A stretch of 64,000 bases of DNA from Lama guanicoe (lineage: Eukaryota), in contig MU054323.1 in the NCBI GenBank assembly GCA_013239625.1, positions 4,256,214 through 4,320,213 on the forward strand, read 5' to 3'. The notes under the pieces were generated by a model. The model saw only the letters and a list, made by a program, of their open reading frames with translations, was not told the DNA's origin and did no database searches. Positions 51,075-62,379 of this stretch are shown here, piece by piece. Numbering within the stretch: the first letter of the stretch is position 1; each line of letters opens with the position of its first letter. The position numbers and the translations under genes were made by a program.

Positions 51075-53059
51075 TTTTGCACCAGAGATCCCAGGCCCCT
51101 GAGCTGACGTGCTCATAGACATATGTTCCAACTAGCTCTCAAAATGCTTGGCCATTCCTGTTGCAGCTGGCCATTAGGTTTTCTCCGTCTAAAGCAGTCT
51201 GGACTGATGCTCCTTCAGCGATCTAAGTGATCTGGTCAAAGAGAGGCTTCTGGAAGCTCTCACAGCCTCTGCCTTGCTCATCATGCCTCCCTGAGGGCTC
51301 TGGGGTGCCTTTCTTGTCCCCTTCCCTGCCTGGAAGGAGCGACAAGTATGTTCATCATGTTTGTGGCCTGATTGTGTTTCTACTGCCTGAGGCTAGGCTT
51401 TTGAATTTTTTAGCAGAAAAAAAAATGCACTGGGAAATAATTTTCCCATTGGTAGTTTCTCTAAAGGTTACATGCAGCCACGGATACTCCACACAGTCCT
51501 GGTTACAAAGGAGACAGGCTCTTCCATTGCTCATCTCGTTGCTGGCAAATGATGGTGACCAGTGACCCGTGGTGGCTCTTCCCACAGGACTTCAGACTCC
51601 CTCTTTTGCCTTGATTAATTCTATGTTCTGAACTGAAATGACAATCATTTATTATTCTGTTTTACATATGCACCTCCAGGGAGTCCAGCTAAAAGCTCTA
51701 ATTTTCTAGTTCAATTGTAGCGCTGTTCTCTGAGAGGCATTGACTGCAGAGATGCTAAAAGGATGCCAGTTCAGTGAATTATTGAGTTTTAGATAGAATC
51801 ATATGCTTATATGGATTCAGGTAGTGCTTATTGAAACATGATACAGACCTCCCTTTGCCCCTGGGCCTGTGTGTTCCTAGGAGAAAGAACAATGAGCTTG
51901 GATGGGAGTGACCTGTTACAAAAATCAATGAGGTCGGGCACCCCGTGTCTGCCTGCAGTGCCTGGCTGTCCTCAGATGCAGCCACAGTTGTCAATCACTC
52001 TGAGGGGACCTTGGCTGCCTGTCTCCTCATCCTTCTTCAAGCCTGTGGCTGTTGGAAATGGAAATCAGGGCAGTTTTCTGCTGATTTAAATAGTGTCATT
52101 CAAGATTCCCTCCATTAGAGTGTTTAAGCAACATGAAATCTCTTAATGTCCTACTTAAAATGATGGTGGAGATTTCAGAGCAGTGATTCTGAGGCTCTGT
52201 GAATTTCTCGAACGTGCATAAGAGTATATATAGCACAACTGGCGAGGCCATGAGCAGCTGGAGTCATGAGTTTGGTAAGGTCAGAACTTTGCTGCCTCGC
52301 TCTAGTCTCTGGCTAGGCTTTGCTTTTACTTCAGCTTTCAGAAAGATGGTAACACGTTCTAGAAATGTCTTTCAGGTCATGTGTATGCTGGGCATCTTAT
52401 TTGGGTATTTTAGAATGTTTACGTGTGCCTCCATTTGGGCTATTCATTCTCCCAATAAGTGAAATTATGAACTTTTGACTTCTAAGTAGGTGAGCGAAGC
52501 GGCAGACAAACTGAAGAGACAGATGCAAAGCCTCAAGGAGGGCAGGGAAAGCCAGACGACTGGGGGCGAATGATTGCGGATGAAGCCTGGAGAACCATTG
52601 AGGGTGAAATGCTGGTTTTTGAAGCCAGGAGTCAGGCTGCAGCCTGGAGGGCGCGCCAGGCCACAACCAACCAAGGGCCTCTGCAGAGGGCGGGGAGGGA
52701 GGCGGGAGCTGCGGTTCGCCTGCTCTGGTGGTGTAAGGATGCATTTTCGCTGATAAAAGGCACACCTCAGGGAAATGAGGCGACTTGAGGAGGTCACAAC
52801 AATCTAATACATGCACTTGGACCCTCAGGGAGATCTTACGGGTTCTCAGAATGGGGCAGTGATGTTACATCATCTTCCTCATTCTTTGGTGCTCCTGGGA
52901 AAGCAGTGCCAGAAAAGCAGCGAGGCTTTGCTGGCTCAGGCCTGCCTCGTGCACATAGAATGACCCAGGTACGGTGGCCGTGTGGTGATGGAGAGAATGT
53001 GGGCACAGCACTTAGCAGAGAGTGTCGCCGTGGTCGGTCATTCAGTGAATGTTAGTGTC

Positions 53060-53520
53060 TACTGCTCATTTATCCATTCAGTAAACATGGATCAGGAACC
53101 TACCCTGTGCTTGGAACTGGGATTAAAAAGGCAAAAAAGGAAGTATATTCTCTGCTCTTTGGTAGAGGGGGACACTGACTGCCTCAGAGGTTAGGGAGGG
53201 CTTCAAGGGGAGGTGACATTTGAGCTGGTTCACGGAGGATGAGTGGGTCTATATGAGGTGGATGAGCAAAGGGGATGTGGTCTTTGGAGGCTGTTCTGGG
53301 ATGTTATGTCAGCGTGGCCGAAAGCCCAGGAAAGTTGAAAGTTCTGGTGAGCTGAGGTTCCGCAGTGGCCATGCATTTAGGATAGCTGAGGGGAAGGTAC
53401 ACAGAGGAAATGCCGAAAGAGGAAGTGGAAAAACCAGTGGAGAAGTCTACAGCTCGTAACGCTAGCATGATGTCTTGACTTTATCCTGCAGTCGATGGAA
53501 GGCAAAGCGGGTTGGTGAGG
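53060..53520 (-). mobile_element. L2 3' region
   Basis: tcatttatccattcagtaaacat...ggttagggagggcttcaaggggaggtgacatttgagctgg...gactttatcctgcagtcgatggaag. Confidence 0.75.
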
Positions 53521-53899
53521 AAGGTTGTTACACAGCTGATCTCTGCATGCCTCAGTTTTCCCATCAGGGTGACTGGCAGAGACAGTCTTGTGAGTGGCCT
53601 GGTCTTCTCTACAGTCCCAGCAGACCAGTCCTACTGACCTCGCGCTTACCTATCGGTCAGAGCTTTAGCGGGAGAGAGGCGTGCTCCTCCCCGGGGCAGA
53701 GGCTGAGAACCGTGTGCTGCCTTACTGCTTCCTACTGCTAAGCCATGCCAAGCACTCATGCAGCAGCTGGCCCTGAAATGAATCCCATAATCAAAATCAA
53801 ATTTAGGAACCAAAATTTTTATTTATTCTTTTGTACGTAGTTGGAACTCACTCTCCGCTGCTTAAGCTCTACAGTGAAATGTCATGTCCCTCACTGTAA

Positions 53900-54030
53900 C
53901 ACACGCCCAGCTGTGTTCCTGTGGAGCTGGCTGCCCATCACTCTGAACCATTCGTGGCCTGAGGACCAGAATGAGACATTAGCTTGGCCGTCTAGGATCA
54001 GTCCCTGCCCTGCTGCCTCCATAGGCCAAT
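53900..54030. mobile_element. Old MLT1J/K-like LTR fragment
   Basis: tgcccatcactctgaaccattcgtggcctgagg...ttggccgtctaggatcagtccctgccctg. Confidence 0.45.
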
Positions 54031-54169
54031 AGCGTGAGGCCAGAGTCTAAAGACTGTTGATTAGAACAACCCTTCAGGAGGTTTAGTGGTGCTTTCCTGC
54101 CATGCTGAAACCTGAGGCAGGCGGTAAAATGACAATTAAACTAATGCCTATGTTTGAATTAGACCAAAA

Positions 54170-54290
54170 TAAATTTTAGTGACTTAAGACAAGTCAGTTG
54201 TCCTCTAAAGTTTTCATATTCTTTATCTGTAAAATGAGATGGTTGGCCAAGGTGAGCTTTAAGGCACCCTGTTCTCCAGAATTGTAGAGC
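54170..54290 (+). mobile_element. MIR3 fragment
   Basis: gtgacttaagacaagtcagttgtcctct...tatctgtaaaatgagatggttgg. Confidence 0.65.
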
Positions 54291-54613
54291 TTCCCCAAGC
54301 TCAATTTCATCTGAAGTCACCAGGATAGTGGTGACTCGTCTCTACTCGAGTGGGTGTGCAGCCCCAAGAGATGGCTGAGCCCAGCAGAACTCAGCTACTG
54401 GAGAGTCTGGCCAGGCTGGCAGCGGCTTAAAGGCTCAGCACCCCCAGAGGACAGGGCATAGAGCCACCTCTGCCATCGCTGGGCCCCAGCCCAGATCAGT
54501 GCGGAGCAGAGTGCAGGACAAGGGAAGCACATGCATGGGTCACCTCTGAGCGGCCAAGCCGAGGGTTCCACGGCCCAGGGTGCTCGTGGTGATTTGCCTG
54601 AATCTTTTTGAGG

Positions 54614-54661
54614 CAGAGAAAGGAAGAAGGAAAGGAAGGGAAGGGAATGGAAGGGGAGGGA
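54614..54661. repeat. (GGAAG)n-like purine tract
   Basis: aaaggaagaaggaaaggaagggaagggaatggaaggggaggga. Confidence 0.8.
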
Positions 54662-54844
54662 ACTGATTGATTTTAACGTAACCACGCATCAAGATTCCAG
54701 AAGGATGGCTCTTGAGGCGGCCACAAGGCGGGGAGGACGTTGGTCAGGACCAGATTTCCCACGGAGAGTTGGATAATTTTGTTAGTGTTTTTGTTTGAGT
54801 AGTTTCATACACTTTAAACATTATACACTGAGTAGTAGTGACTG

Positions 54845-55020
54845 CCTACTAAGTTTCAGTTACTGTTCTAAGCATTCTCTGCCTAAAATCTCCGTCATCG
54901 TAACCATTCAGCATAATACGATGGAGACAGGAGGAGTAAAAAGGCCACACAGTTGGTGGGGGGGCAGTCGGAAGTCAGGCCTAGGCAGCGCAGCCTTGGT
55001 GCCTGTGCTCCTGAGCACCG
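54845..55020 (-). mobile_element. MIR fragment
   Basis: gagtaaaaaggccacacagttggtggggggcagtcggaagtcaggcctaggcag. Confidence 0.5.
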
Positions 55021-55039
55021 CGTCGTCATGCCGCCCGCG

Positions 55040-55499
55040 TTGGCGTCCTTTTGCTGCGGTCACAAATTACCACAAACCTAGAGTCTGGAAGGAACACAAA
55101 TTTTTTATTTTACAGTTCTGCAGGTCAGAAGTCCAGAGTGGGCTTAATAATAAAAACTGTCATTATAAGTAGAGTGCTGTCCTGAGTTCTGTGAGTCATT
55201 CGAGCAAATTATGGAACCTGAGGGAGCTTGTGCAGCTTTGAAACAGGGGAAGCCTTGTTGTGGCGTGCTCTTTGACTTGTGGGGTCTGCACTAACGCCGG
55301 GTGGTCAGTGCCAGAATTCACTTGGGGTGTACCCCGTGTGGGTTTGTGTTGGCCAAATACCTCCCATGCCACGGTCCTTAGCTAATTTACCTCTACATAG
55401 TCCTTTTGCCACGTAAGGTAACGTATTCACCATAGTCATGGGTTCTGGGATTAGGATGTGGGCATATCTGAGGGGGAGCCATAATTCTGCCCACCACAC
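55040..55499 (-). mobile_element. Both ends of an MLT1C/B LTR (55040-55145 and 55375-55499), separated by MER21B
   Basis: gctgcggtcacaaattaccacaaacc...ttacagttctgcaggtcagaagtcc; cttttgccacgtaaggtaacgtattca...ggattaggatgtggg...ctgcccaccaca. Confidence 0.8.
55147..55322 (+). mobile_element. MER21B-like LTR, 3' part
   Basis: aataaaaactgtcattataagtagagtgctgtcctgagttctgtgagtcattcgagcaaattatggaacctgagg...ctaacgccgggtggtcagtgccagaatt. Confidence 0.75.
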
Positions 55500-55889
55500 T
55501 GCTTCAAAGCATATATACTTTGAGGATCTACCATCCAATGGGTTAGATATAATAGTCAGGCACCACCAGCTTAGCAGGAAGCAGCAGGGAGATTTTGAAG
55601 CAGTCCATTTGAGCCAACAAACTCTGAAAGAGGAAGCAGGAGGACTCTCAGCCCAGCTTCCCCCAGAGATTTGCTTGGCTTGCTCTAAAGTCATGTCAGC
55701 TGACTTCTTTGGCCTCAGTTTCCTTATCTAAGCCTGGGGCTAACAAAATTCTGTAGGAATTTAATGGGATGTGTGTGAAAAAAATTTGCAAATGGTCAAA
55801 AAGTATATTCTTATTCCTTATATTATCCAAGTCATAAGTACAGAAGTTGGTTGAATAATTACCAGCCTCAGATTTATTTATTGAACAAA

Positions 55890-56090
55890 TGCACTAGCGC
55901 TTTATAAACATTTAAGAGATTTAATGATCATAACAATCTTATTACATACAATTAGCCCCATTAGATAAGAAAACAGAGGTACAGTGAAGTTAAATCCTCT
56001 GCTCAATGGCACACGTCACACAGCTGATAAGTGGCAGAACCAAGACTCAAACCCAGGCAGTCTGGCTGTTACCCTGCTCCGTGCTGCCTC
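55890..56090 (-). mobile_element. MIR SINE
   Basis: gataagaaaacagaggtacagtgaagttaa...gtcacacagctgataagtggcagaaccaagactcaaacccaggcagtctggct. Confidence 0.85.
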
Positions 56091-56739
56091 TCCAGACAAC
56101 AGGTGAAGTGAGTGGAGTCCAAAGAGAATGTGGTTCTGCTCCACCAACCCCTAATCCACCGTCAGGGAGTCACTGGAAGGTTCTGTAGCATCAGGGCATC
56201 CAGGTCCCACCAGGAGCCCAGGGGCCCCTAGCCCTGATGGTGGGCCTGTTCTGGGCCCTGCATGTCACATCGCTTATGAGGTTGTAGTGTCAGATTCCTG
56301 GAGACTTTCACACACACAAGGTCACACGCTAAACTTGATAGAGGAATTCCCCCGACTTGTCAGGACATTTCTTTCTCCTAAGCTCCCCTCACAGCTGTTC
56401 TGTTAGGTAATATATTAAGGATCTCAGAAGGTTTTGATTCCAAATAATTTAATTATTCTTTTCTTCCCTTTACTAGAAACCGCACCGATATGGACAGAAA
56501 CAAAACACTGGCAACTGCAGCTTAGAATTGAGTCTCAGTTTGTCTGTTTACTAATTATTCAAACTTGGTCACCACTCCAAGCTTTGGTTTCCTCGTGGTC
56601 AAATAGGGTGCTGTCGAGAGGACTAAAAGAGGTGACATTTAAAATTACTTGCACAGAACCTGGTCTATTGGAGATCATCAAATCCTGCTCCTTATCCCCT
56701 CTTCTTGCTTCGCTGCCCTCCACCTCCGGCTGGACATTC

Positions 56740-57740
56740 ATGCTTTTCCTTTCAGTGCAGCTATTTTACAAGACTTGGCCCTGCTACCTCCGTGTCTTCA
56801 GGGACCATTTGCTCCTTAATCCTCTACAGTCTGGCTTCTAGCCCGGTTGTTCCTTCAAACCCAGCCTGCATGATCACCTGTAACCTCCTAGTTCCCAGAG
56901 CTGACGTCCTGCTTGGTCTGGAACCTGTTTGATCTTTTTGAAGCATTGGGCAGCTAAACAAGCACTGCAGTTGTTTCTCAGGTGATTGCTCTCCTTGTCT
57001 CTAATTTCCTTTTACATCTGCTGTGCTCTGCGCGCCTGCCTCTACTCCGTCCCTTTGATGAATCCCCTTCGCTGGCTTCTCTCTTCCTCTGCTTGACTTC
57101 TAAATAGGAATGTTCCCCAAAGTTCTGTTCTCAGTCCTGCAGTTTTTGACATTTGCTTCATTCTTGCCCATAGCTTCCATTGCGCCAGTATCCAGCCCTC
57201 TGCCTGTGATTCCACGATCAAATTTTTGTTTAATGCCAGGCTCCGCACTTCTAATCTCTCGACCTACATCCCCAAAGCCCTAAACACTGACAGCTTTACT
57301 CATGATCACACACTGAACATGCCCCGCACTCAGTCGGATCACTGTCTCCATGCTACTCCCCAAACGGGAGCTGATTTGGCTTTCTCTTACCTAGTGGTCA
57401 CTCACCCCATCACCTCCTTAGCAAAACTCTCCTAACCCTTCTTCCCTCAACAACTCAGAAGAAATAGCACCTCCCTGCTCTGTGTTTCGACAACATTTTG
57501 CTCAAATACTGAGAGTAATTGGCAGGCTTATTTGTAATTGGTTTTCTGTGGCTCTAATGCCTCTTTCTAGATGGTAAGATCTCTGTGGGCAGAGACAATG
57601 TATTACCTTACCTGGGAGAATCTGAGTGACTCCAGAGCCCTCACCTCTCCTTTGGACATTCTCTAATTATTAATTTTTTCTCATATGTCGGCCTGAGTTC
57701 ACCAGTGAGTCTGTAAGTTTATTAAAGATGCAGTCTATGT
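56740..57740 (+). mobile_element. L2 fragments (RT region and 3' part)
   Basis: ctccttaatcctctacagtctggcttc...gatcacctgtaacctcctagttccc...taaataggaatgttccccaaagttctgttctcagtcc. Confidence 0.7.
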
Positions 57741-57765
57741 ATTTTTCATGGCCAATAGTATACAC

Positions 57766-58682
57766 TTTTTTTTTACATACATATATCCTTTTTCACCATA
57801 AGTTACTATAAGATATTGAATATAATTCCCTGTGCTACACAGTATGAACTTGTTTATCTATTTTATATATATCAGTATTTTGCAAATCTTGAACTCTCAG
57901 TTTATCCTTTCCTACCCTCTTCCACCACTGGTAACCATTAGTTTGTTTTCTACATCTGTAAGCCTGTTTCTGTTTTGTAAATAAGTTTGTCTTTTTTTCT
58001 TTTTAGATTCCACATGTAAGTGATAATACATGGTATTTCTTCTTCTGGCTTACTTCACTTAGAATGACAATCTCCAGGTCCATCCATATTGCTGCAAATG
58101 GCATTATTTTGTTATTTTTTATGGCTGAGTAGTATTCCATTGTATAAATATACCACAACTTCTTTATCCAGTTATCTGCTGGTGGACATTTAGGTTGTTT
58201 CCATGTATTGGCTGTTGAAAATAGTGCTGCTATGAATATTGGGGCGCATGTATCTTTTTGAATTAAGGTTCCCTCTGGATATATGCCCAGGAGTGGGATT
58301 GCTGGATCATATGATAAGTCTATTTTTAGTCTTTTGAGAAATACCCATACTGTTTTCCATAACAGCTACACCAGACTAGATTCCCACCAAAAATGTAGGA
58401 AGGTTCCCTTTTCTCCACACCCTCTCCAGCATTTATCGTTTGTGGACTTTTGAATGGTGGCCATTCTGACTGGTGTGAGGTGATAACCTCATTGTAGTTT
58501 TGATTTGCATTTCTCTGATAATTAGTGATATTGAGCATATTTTCATGTGCCTATTGGCCATTTGTATGTCTTCATGGGAGAATTAATTGTTTAGATCTTC
58601 TGCCCATTTCTAGATTGGGTTTTTTTTTCTTATTAAGTTGTATGAACTATTTATATATTCTGGAAATTAAGCCCTTCTCAGC
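57766..58682 (-). mobile_element. Camelid-type LINE-1, 5'-truncated, about 0.9 kb
   Basis: Highly similar to the copy at 31433 (ttagattccacat...agtgata, tgtagttttgatttgcatttctctgataattagtgat); antisense peptide [14 protein letters not shown]. Confidence 0.92.
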
Positions 58683-58734
58683 TATAATGATAGTTACAAA
58701 ACAAATGCCCTAAAATTATTTCTGGTTCCTTAGG

Positions 58735-59080
58735 TCTTATGGGCTGAATTATGTCCTCTCAAAATTCATATATCCTAACCACCAGTAACTCAGAATATGA
58801 CTGTATTTGGAGATAGGGCCTTTAGACAGGTAATTAAGATAAAATGAGCTCAGATTGGATCAGGTGGGCCCTGGTCCAGTATGGCTGGTGTCAGACTGAG
58901 GGGACAGCCATGTGAGCACACAGCAAGAAGGAGACCTTCTGCAAGCCCAGAGAGAATAAGCCAAACCTGCCAACACCTTGATCTGGAACTTGTGGCCTCA
59001 GAACTGTGAGAAAATACATCTCTGTTGTTGAAGCTGTCCAGTTTGTGGTATGTAATGACAAGACTAGAAAACTAATATAC
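58735..59080 (+). mobile_element. MLT1A0-like MaLR solo LTR
   Basis: ttatgggctgaattatgtcctctcaaaattcatat...tatttggagatagggcctt...cctgccaacaccttgatct...cagaactgtgagaaaatacat...aaactaatatac. Confidence 0.88.
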
Positions 59081-60599
59081 TATCTAACTGCTACTGACCG
59101 GATTTGGGATTGAGGAGCAATACTTCTTTTGGACTTACCATTTGAAAACAATACTTTTCTTTGTTTTAATTCTAGGGCTAGATCAAAATCAGCCAATGGA
59201 TCGAATTGGTAGCATACTTGCCCACATAGTCTTAAGCCAGCGGCAAATTTATCAGAATTATTGGCACTAAAGTCTAATGACTCCTTCTGTACATTTCTTT
59301 GTTCTTAATCTTTTTGTTCTTTTTTCTTTCTTTTCTCTATTTCTTTTGTGTGCGCTTTTTTTTTTGTAAGAGTTGAACAGAGATTTGCAATTTAAGTCAC
59401 AAGATAACCTATATTTGACTATAAGACAAACTGGGATTTCAGGGCTGTGAGAGATTTGTAGCTTGATAGTCAGGGAGATGGGAATGCCACGTTCAATTTC
59501 TGCCCCAAGGTGGTTATACATGTATAACAGAGACCAGAGACTGAATCATCACTTGGGCTTAACAAAAGAACTGTCCAGGTGTGTACAGTAAAGAATCTTT
59601 TGAGCTGCTCTTGCTGTTAACAATCTGGTTTCATATACCCAGATGATTAGATGTCATAGACATCAGAAGGAGGTCAATAAAATTCAAGCTTTAAACTTTG
59701 ACAATAATTTGAGCTGAATAATAGTTGAGTTTCAGAACTGAGTTGTCATGGTGAGAGCCATTGAAGAGGAATAATTATCTTATAACTTGGTTACTGTCCT
59801 GCTGAACTCGTAGCAATATTCCTAACCCCATTTCCAACTCACCAAGCCCAGATCATACTAAGCCATGCTTAGGAACATTATTTTGATATTCTTTTGTGTA
59901 TATATTTGTATTCATAGCCAAATATATATAAAATATATTTAAACGAATATACATTCCATGAAGCTAATGGAAAAAGGGTACGGGTGGTTTAATCAGCTAT
60001 AAATTACATATTATGGGAAAAAATACTAAAGTACCCCTCAAGTAGTCTCAGGAGCCAGGTGGCAGAGGGATGTTAGCAATAATTCTTTTTGCAGTTTAAC
60101 ATATATGACATTCAAGCCATTTGTTTCCATTATTTTTGTGAACTAAAATTTTCATCTCATCTCTCTTGGGTAATACCATACATTCTCCCCCTTAGTAATC
60201 CATAAAAACACTATGGTGCACTTTGCTAATCAGAATTGCACACTGCATAATAATTTACAACCTAATAAATATAAGATTCTTCCACATTTCATCAAATGTG
60301 GATGCAATTACTAAAAGATACTAAAATACTAAAGATGAATTTGAACTAAGAGGTAATTTAGGTGCATCAAAACAGTGAGAAATAAATCAAGTGGTAACTT
60401 ATTTTAACTATAGTTTAATCAGTTATTTGAGGAAAATCTCCAGGGTGTTTTCAATAAAGGTAAAAAATGACAATTCTTCCATCAAGGCAAAACATTTTTC
60501 AAGTGATGCCAATAAATAAAGGGCAGAGGGAGGGAATGAAGATAATTATAGCTGTTCTATTTCTGATGGCCATGAAATGAGAGAGAAGAGAAAATGGAG

Positions 60600-62300
60600 A
60601 ATTAATGGAGGGGAATCATTCATGTTCAAGACATGATGACATATCTCCCTCTCCCCTTTGAAATAACCAATAGAAAATACAAATTATAAAAAGTCTTTCA
60701 CCAGCTATGGAAACATGGAAAAGGTATCAACTACATGTAGGCAGGAATTTCAAGGAATTTCTGCCAATTAAAATAAACACAGTAAAGGAGTTTAGAGGAT
60801 GAGCGTGTGGCTCCTCTCTGGGTATGAAAGTGTATCACGGAAGAAACGGGGTGATGAGAGCAGAACCTGCTTCACCCTCTCTCTGAGGTGGGTGAGAGCT
60901 GGAAGACAGTGTTGCACATCTGCCTCTTGTATCTGCTGACTTCCAGACCATTTGTAACCAGTGGCGAAGGGGTGGCTCCAGGTTTTGTCTCTGGCATTGA
61001 GGTCCATACCCTGCAGAAGCCTAGAAATGCTGGCGTCTGTGCCTTACTGGGGTGACTTCCCTCTGTCTGGAGACACAGCACTTCACAGGGAGTCAGAGCT
61101 CCTTCAGGCCCAGCTGTCACCACTGATCTGCGGAGGCTGCCCGAGCTGCACTGGAAGGTTATAATTTAATTTTACATATGGTTTTCCTCTCTAATTTTTC
61201 TGGAGCAGGGACACAAATTTCTGACAGAAGGCAACCCATTCCCTATTTGGCTAAAAACTGGTAATGGATACACTAGATTCTCTCCTTCTAAAAAAGAGAA
61301 AACAGGAGGAAAAAAAACCAAGGCCTGTCAACAAATACTACAGGTTTAAAAATGAAATGAAACAAAACAAACAAAAAACAAGTCACCCTTGAAAACTAGA
61401 ACAGTGGCCTCCAGCTGAAATATATTCCTGCAAGAAATAGAAAATGTGTGTTCTCAGCGAGACCAAAGATTCTGTGCAAGCATGATGACGTTGAGGGAAA
61501 AAGTCATGAGGACCATGGAGGAGTGTATGGAAATGAGAATCAGACTTGTCAAATTAAAAACCTCAGTGGAACAAGTGAACAGCAAATTGGACACTGTATC
61601 AGATCAAACTGGTGAATTAGAAGAGCGAATGTGAGAAATTCTCCAGGAAATCAGAAGAAAAGGACACAGATGGAAACAAGTAGACTGGTTTTATCCCGAA
61701 GGTTATGAACTAGGAGAACAGAAACAGTGAGGGGAGAGAAAGACCATGGCATGGAAAAGATCTGGAGCTTAAAATTGTGAGAGAATGTTGTGTTTCAGTA
61801 AACATGGAAAGGAATATAGACACAACCTCATGGAATTTCCCAATTTCAGAATACATAATAGAGACAGCATCAAGTATATTTGGGGGTATGCCAGCCTGTT
61901 TTGTTTCTCTGGAGAACCTTGACTAATACAATGGGTTCCATAATTTAAAAAATTAAAAATTATGGAACAGCCATTACACTGTAGTCCTGTGTAGGCATTG
62001 AAAGTGATTCAAAGAATCCACATTGGAAATAGATATATGCTTATGATAAGTCAAATATAAAAAGCCCCCCAAAACAGCAACTATGATATGATCCCATTGA
62101 CAAATAATACAGCTCCATACACTTGGCACATGAAGGAAAGATATGCTGTAACCTTTTCGGAGGGGCTCTAAGTGGTGAGAGGATAATAGGTGGATTTTAA
62201 CTGTATTCTCTCTACCTTTATTTTATATGTATTAATTTTTCTATGTATTTCTGACAGATACTTCGACATTGCCTTTTATTTTCAGAAAAAAATAATAAAA
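60600..62300 (+). mobile_element. Ancient L1/HAL1-like element: 5' region, ORF1 remnant and ME-type 3' UTR
   Basis: Heptad-like LVKLKTSVEQVNSKLDTVSDQTGELEERM (about 61545-61631) resembles the L1 ORF1p coiled coil; aactatgatatgatccca and taggtggattttaa resemble an L1ME 3' UTR. Confidence 0.55.
61885..61930 (+). mobile_element. MLT2 LTR 3' terminal fragment
   Basis: tgtttctctggagaaccttgactaataca. Confidence 0.7.
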
Positions 62301-62379
62301 CAAATTTATTTCCATAAAAATAGGTGAGAAAACAAAACACGCCCTATTTTTAGGGCCAACACTTTTACTTTATACCTTG

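Noticed and set aside
57606..57625. Minus-strand ttctcccag|gtaagg, like a recursive splice site
   Set aside because: Very short pyrimidine tract, among L2 remnants; such motifs occur by chance
59513..59528. Perfect 16-bp palindrome gttatacatgtataac
   Set aside because: About one such palindrome is expected by chance in 64 kb (64000/4^8 is about 1), and no motif supports it
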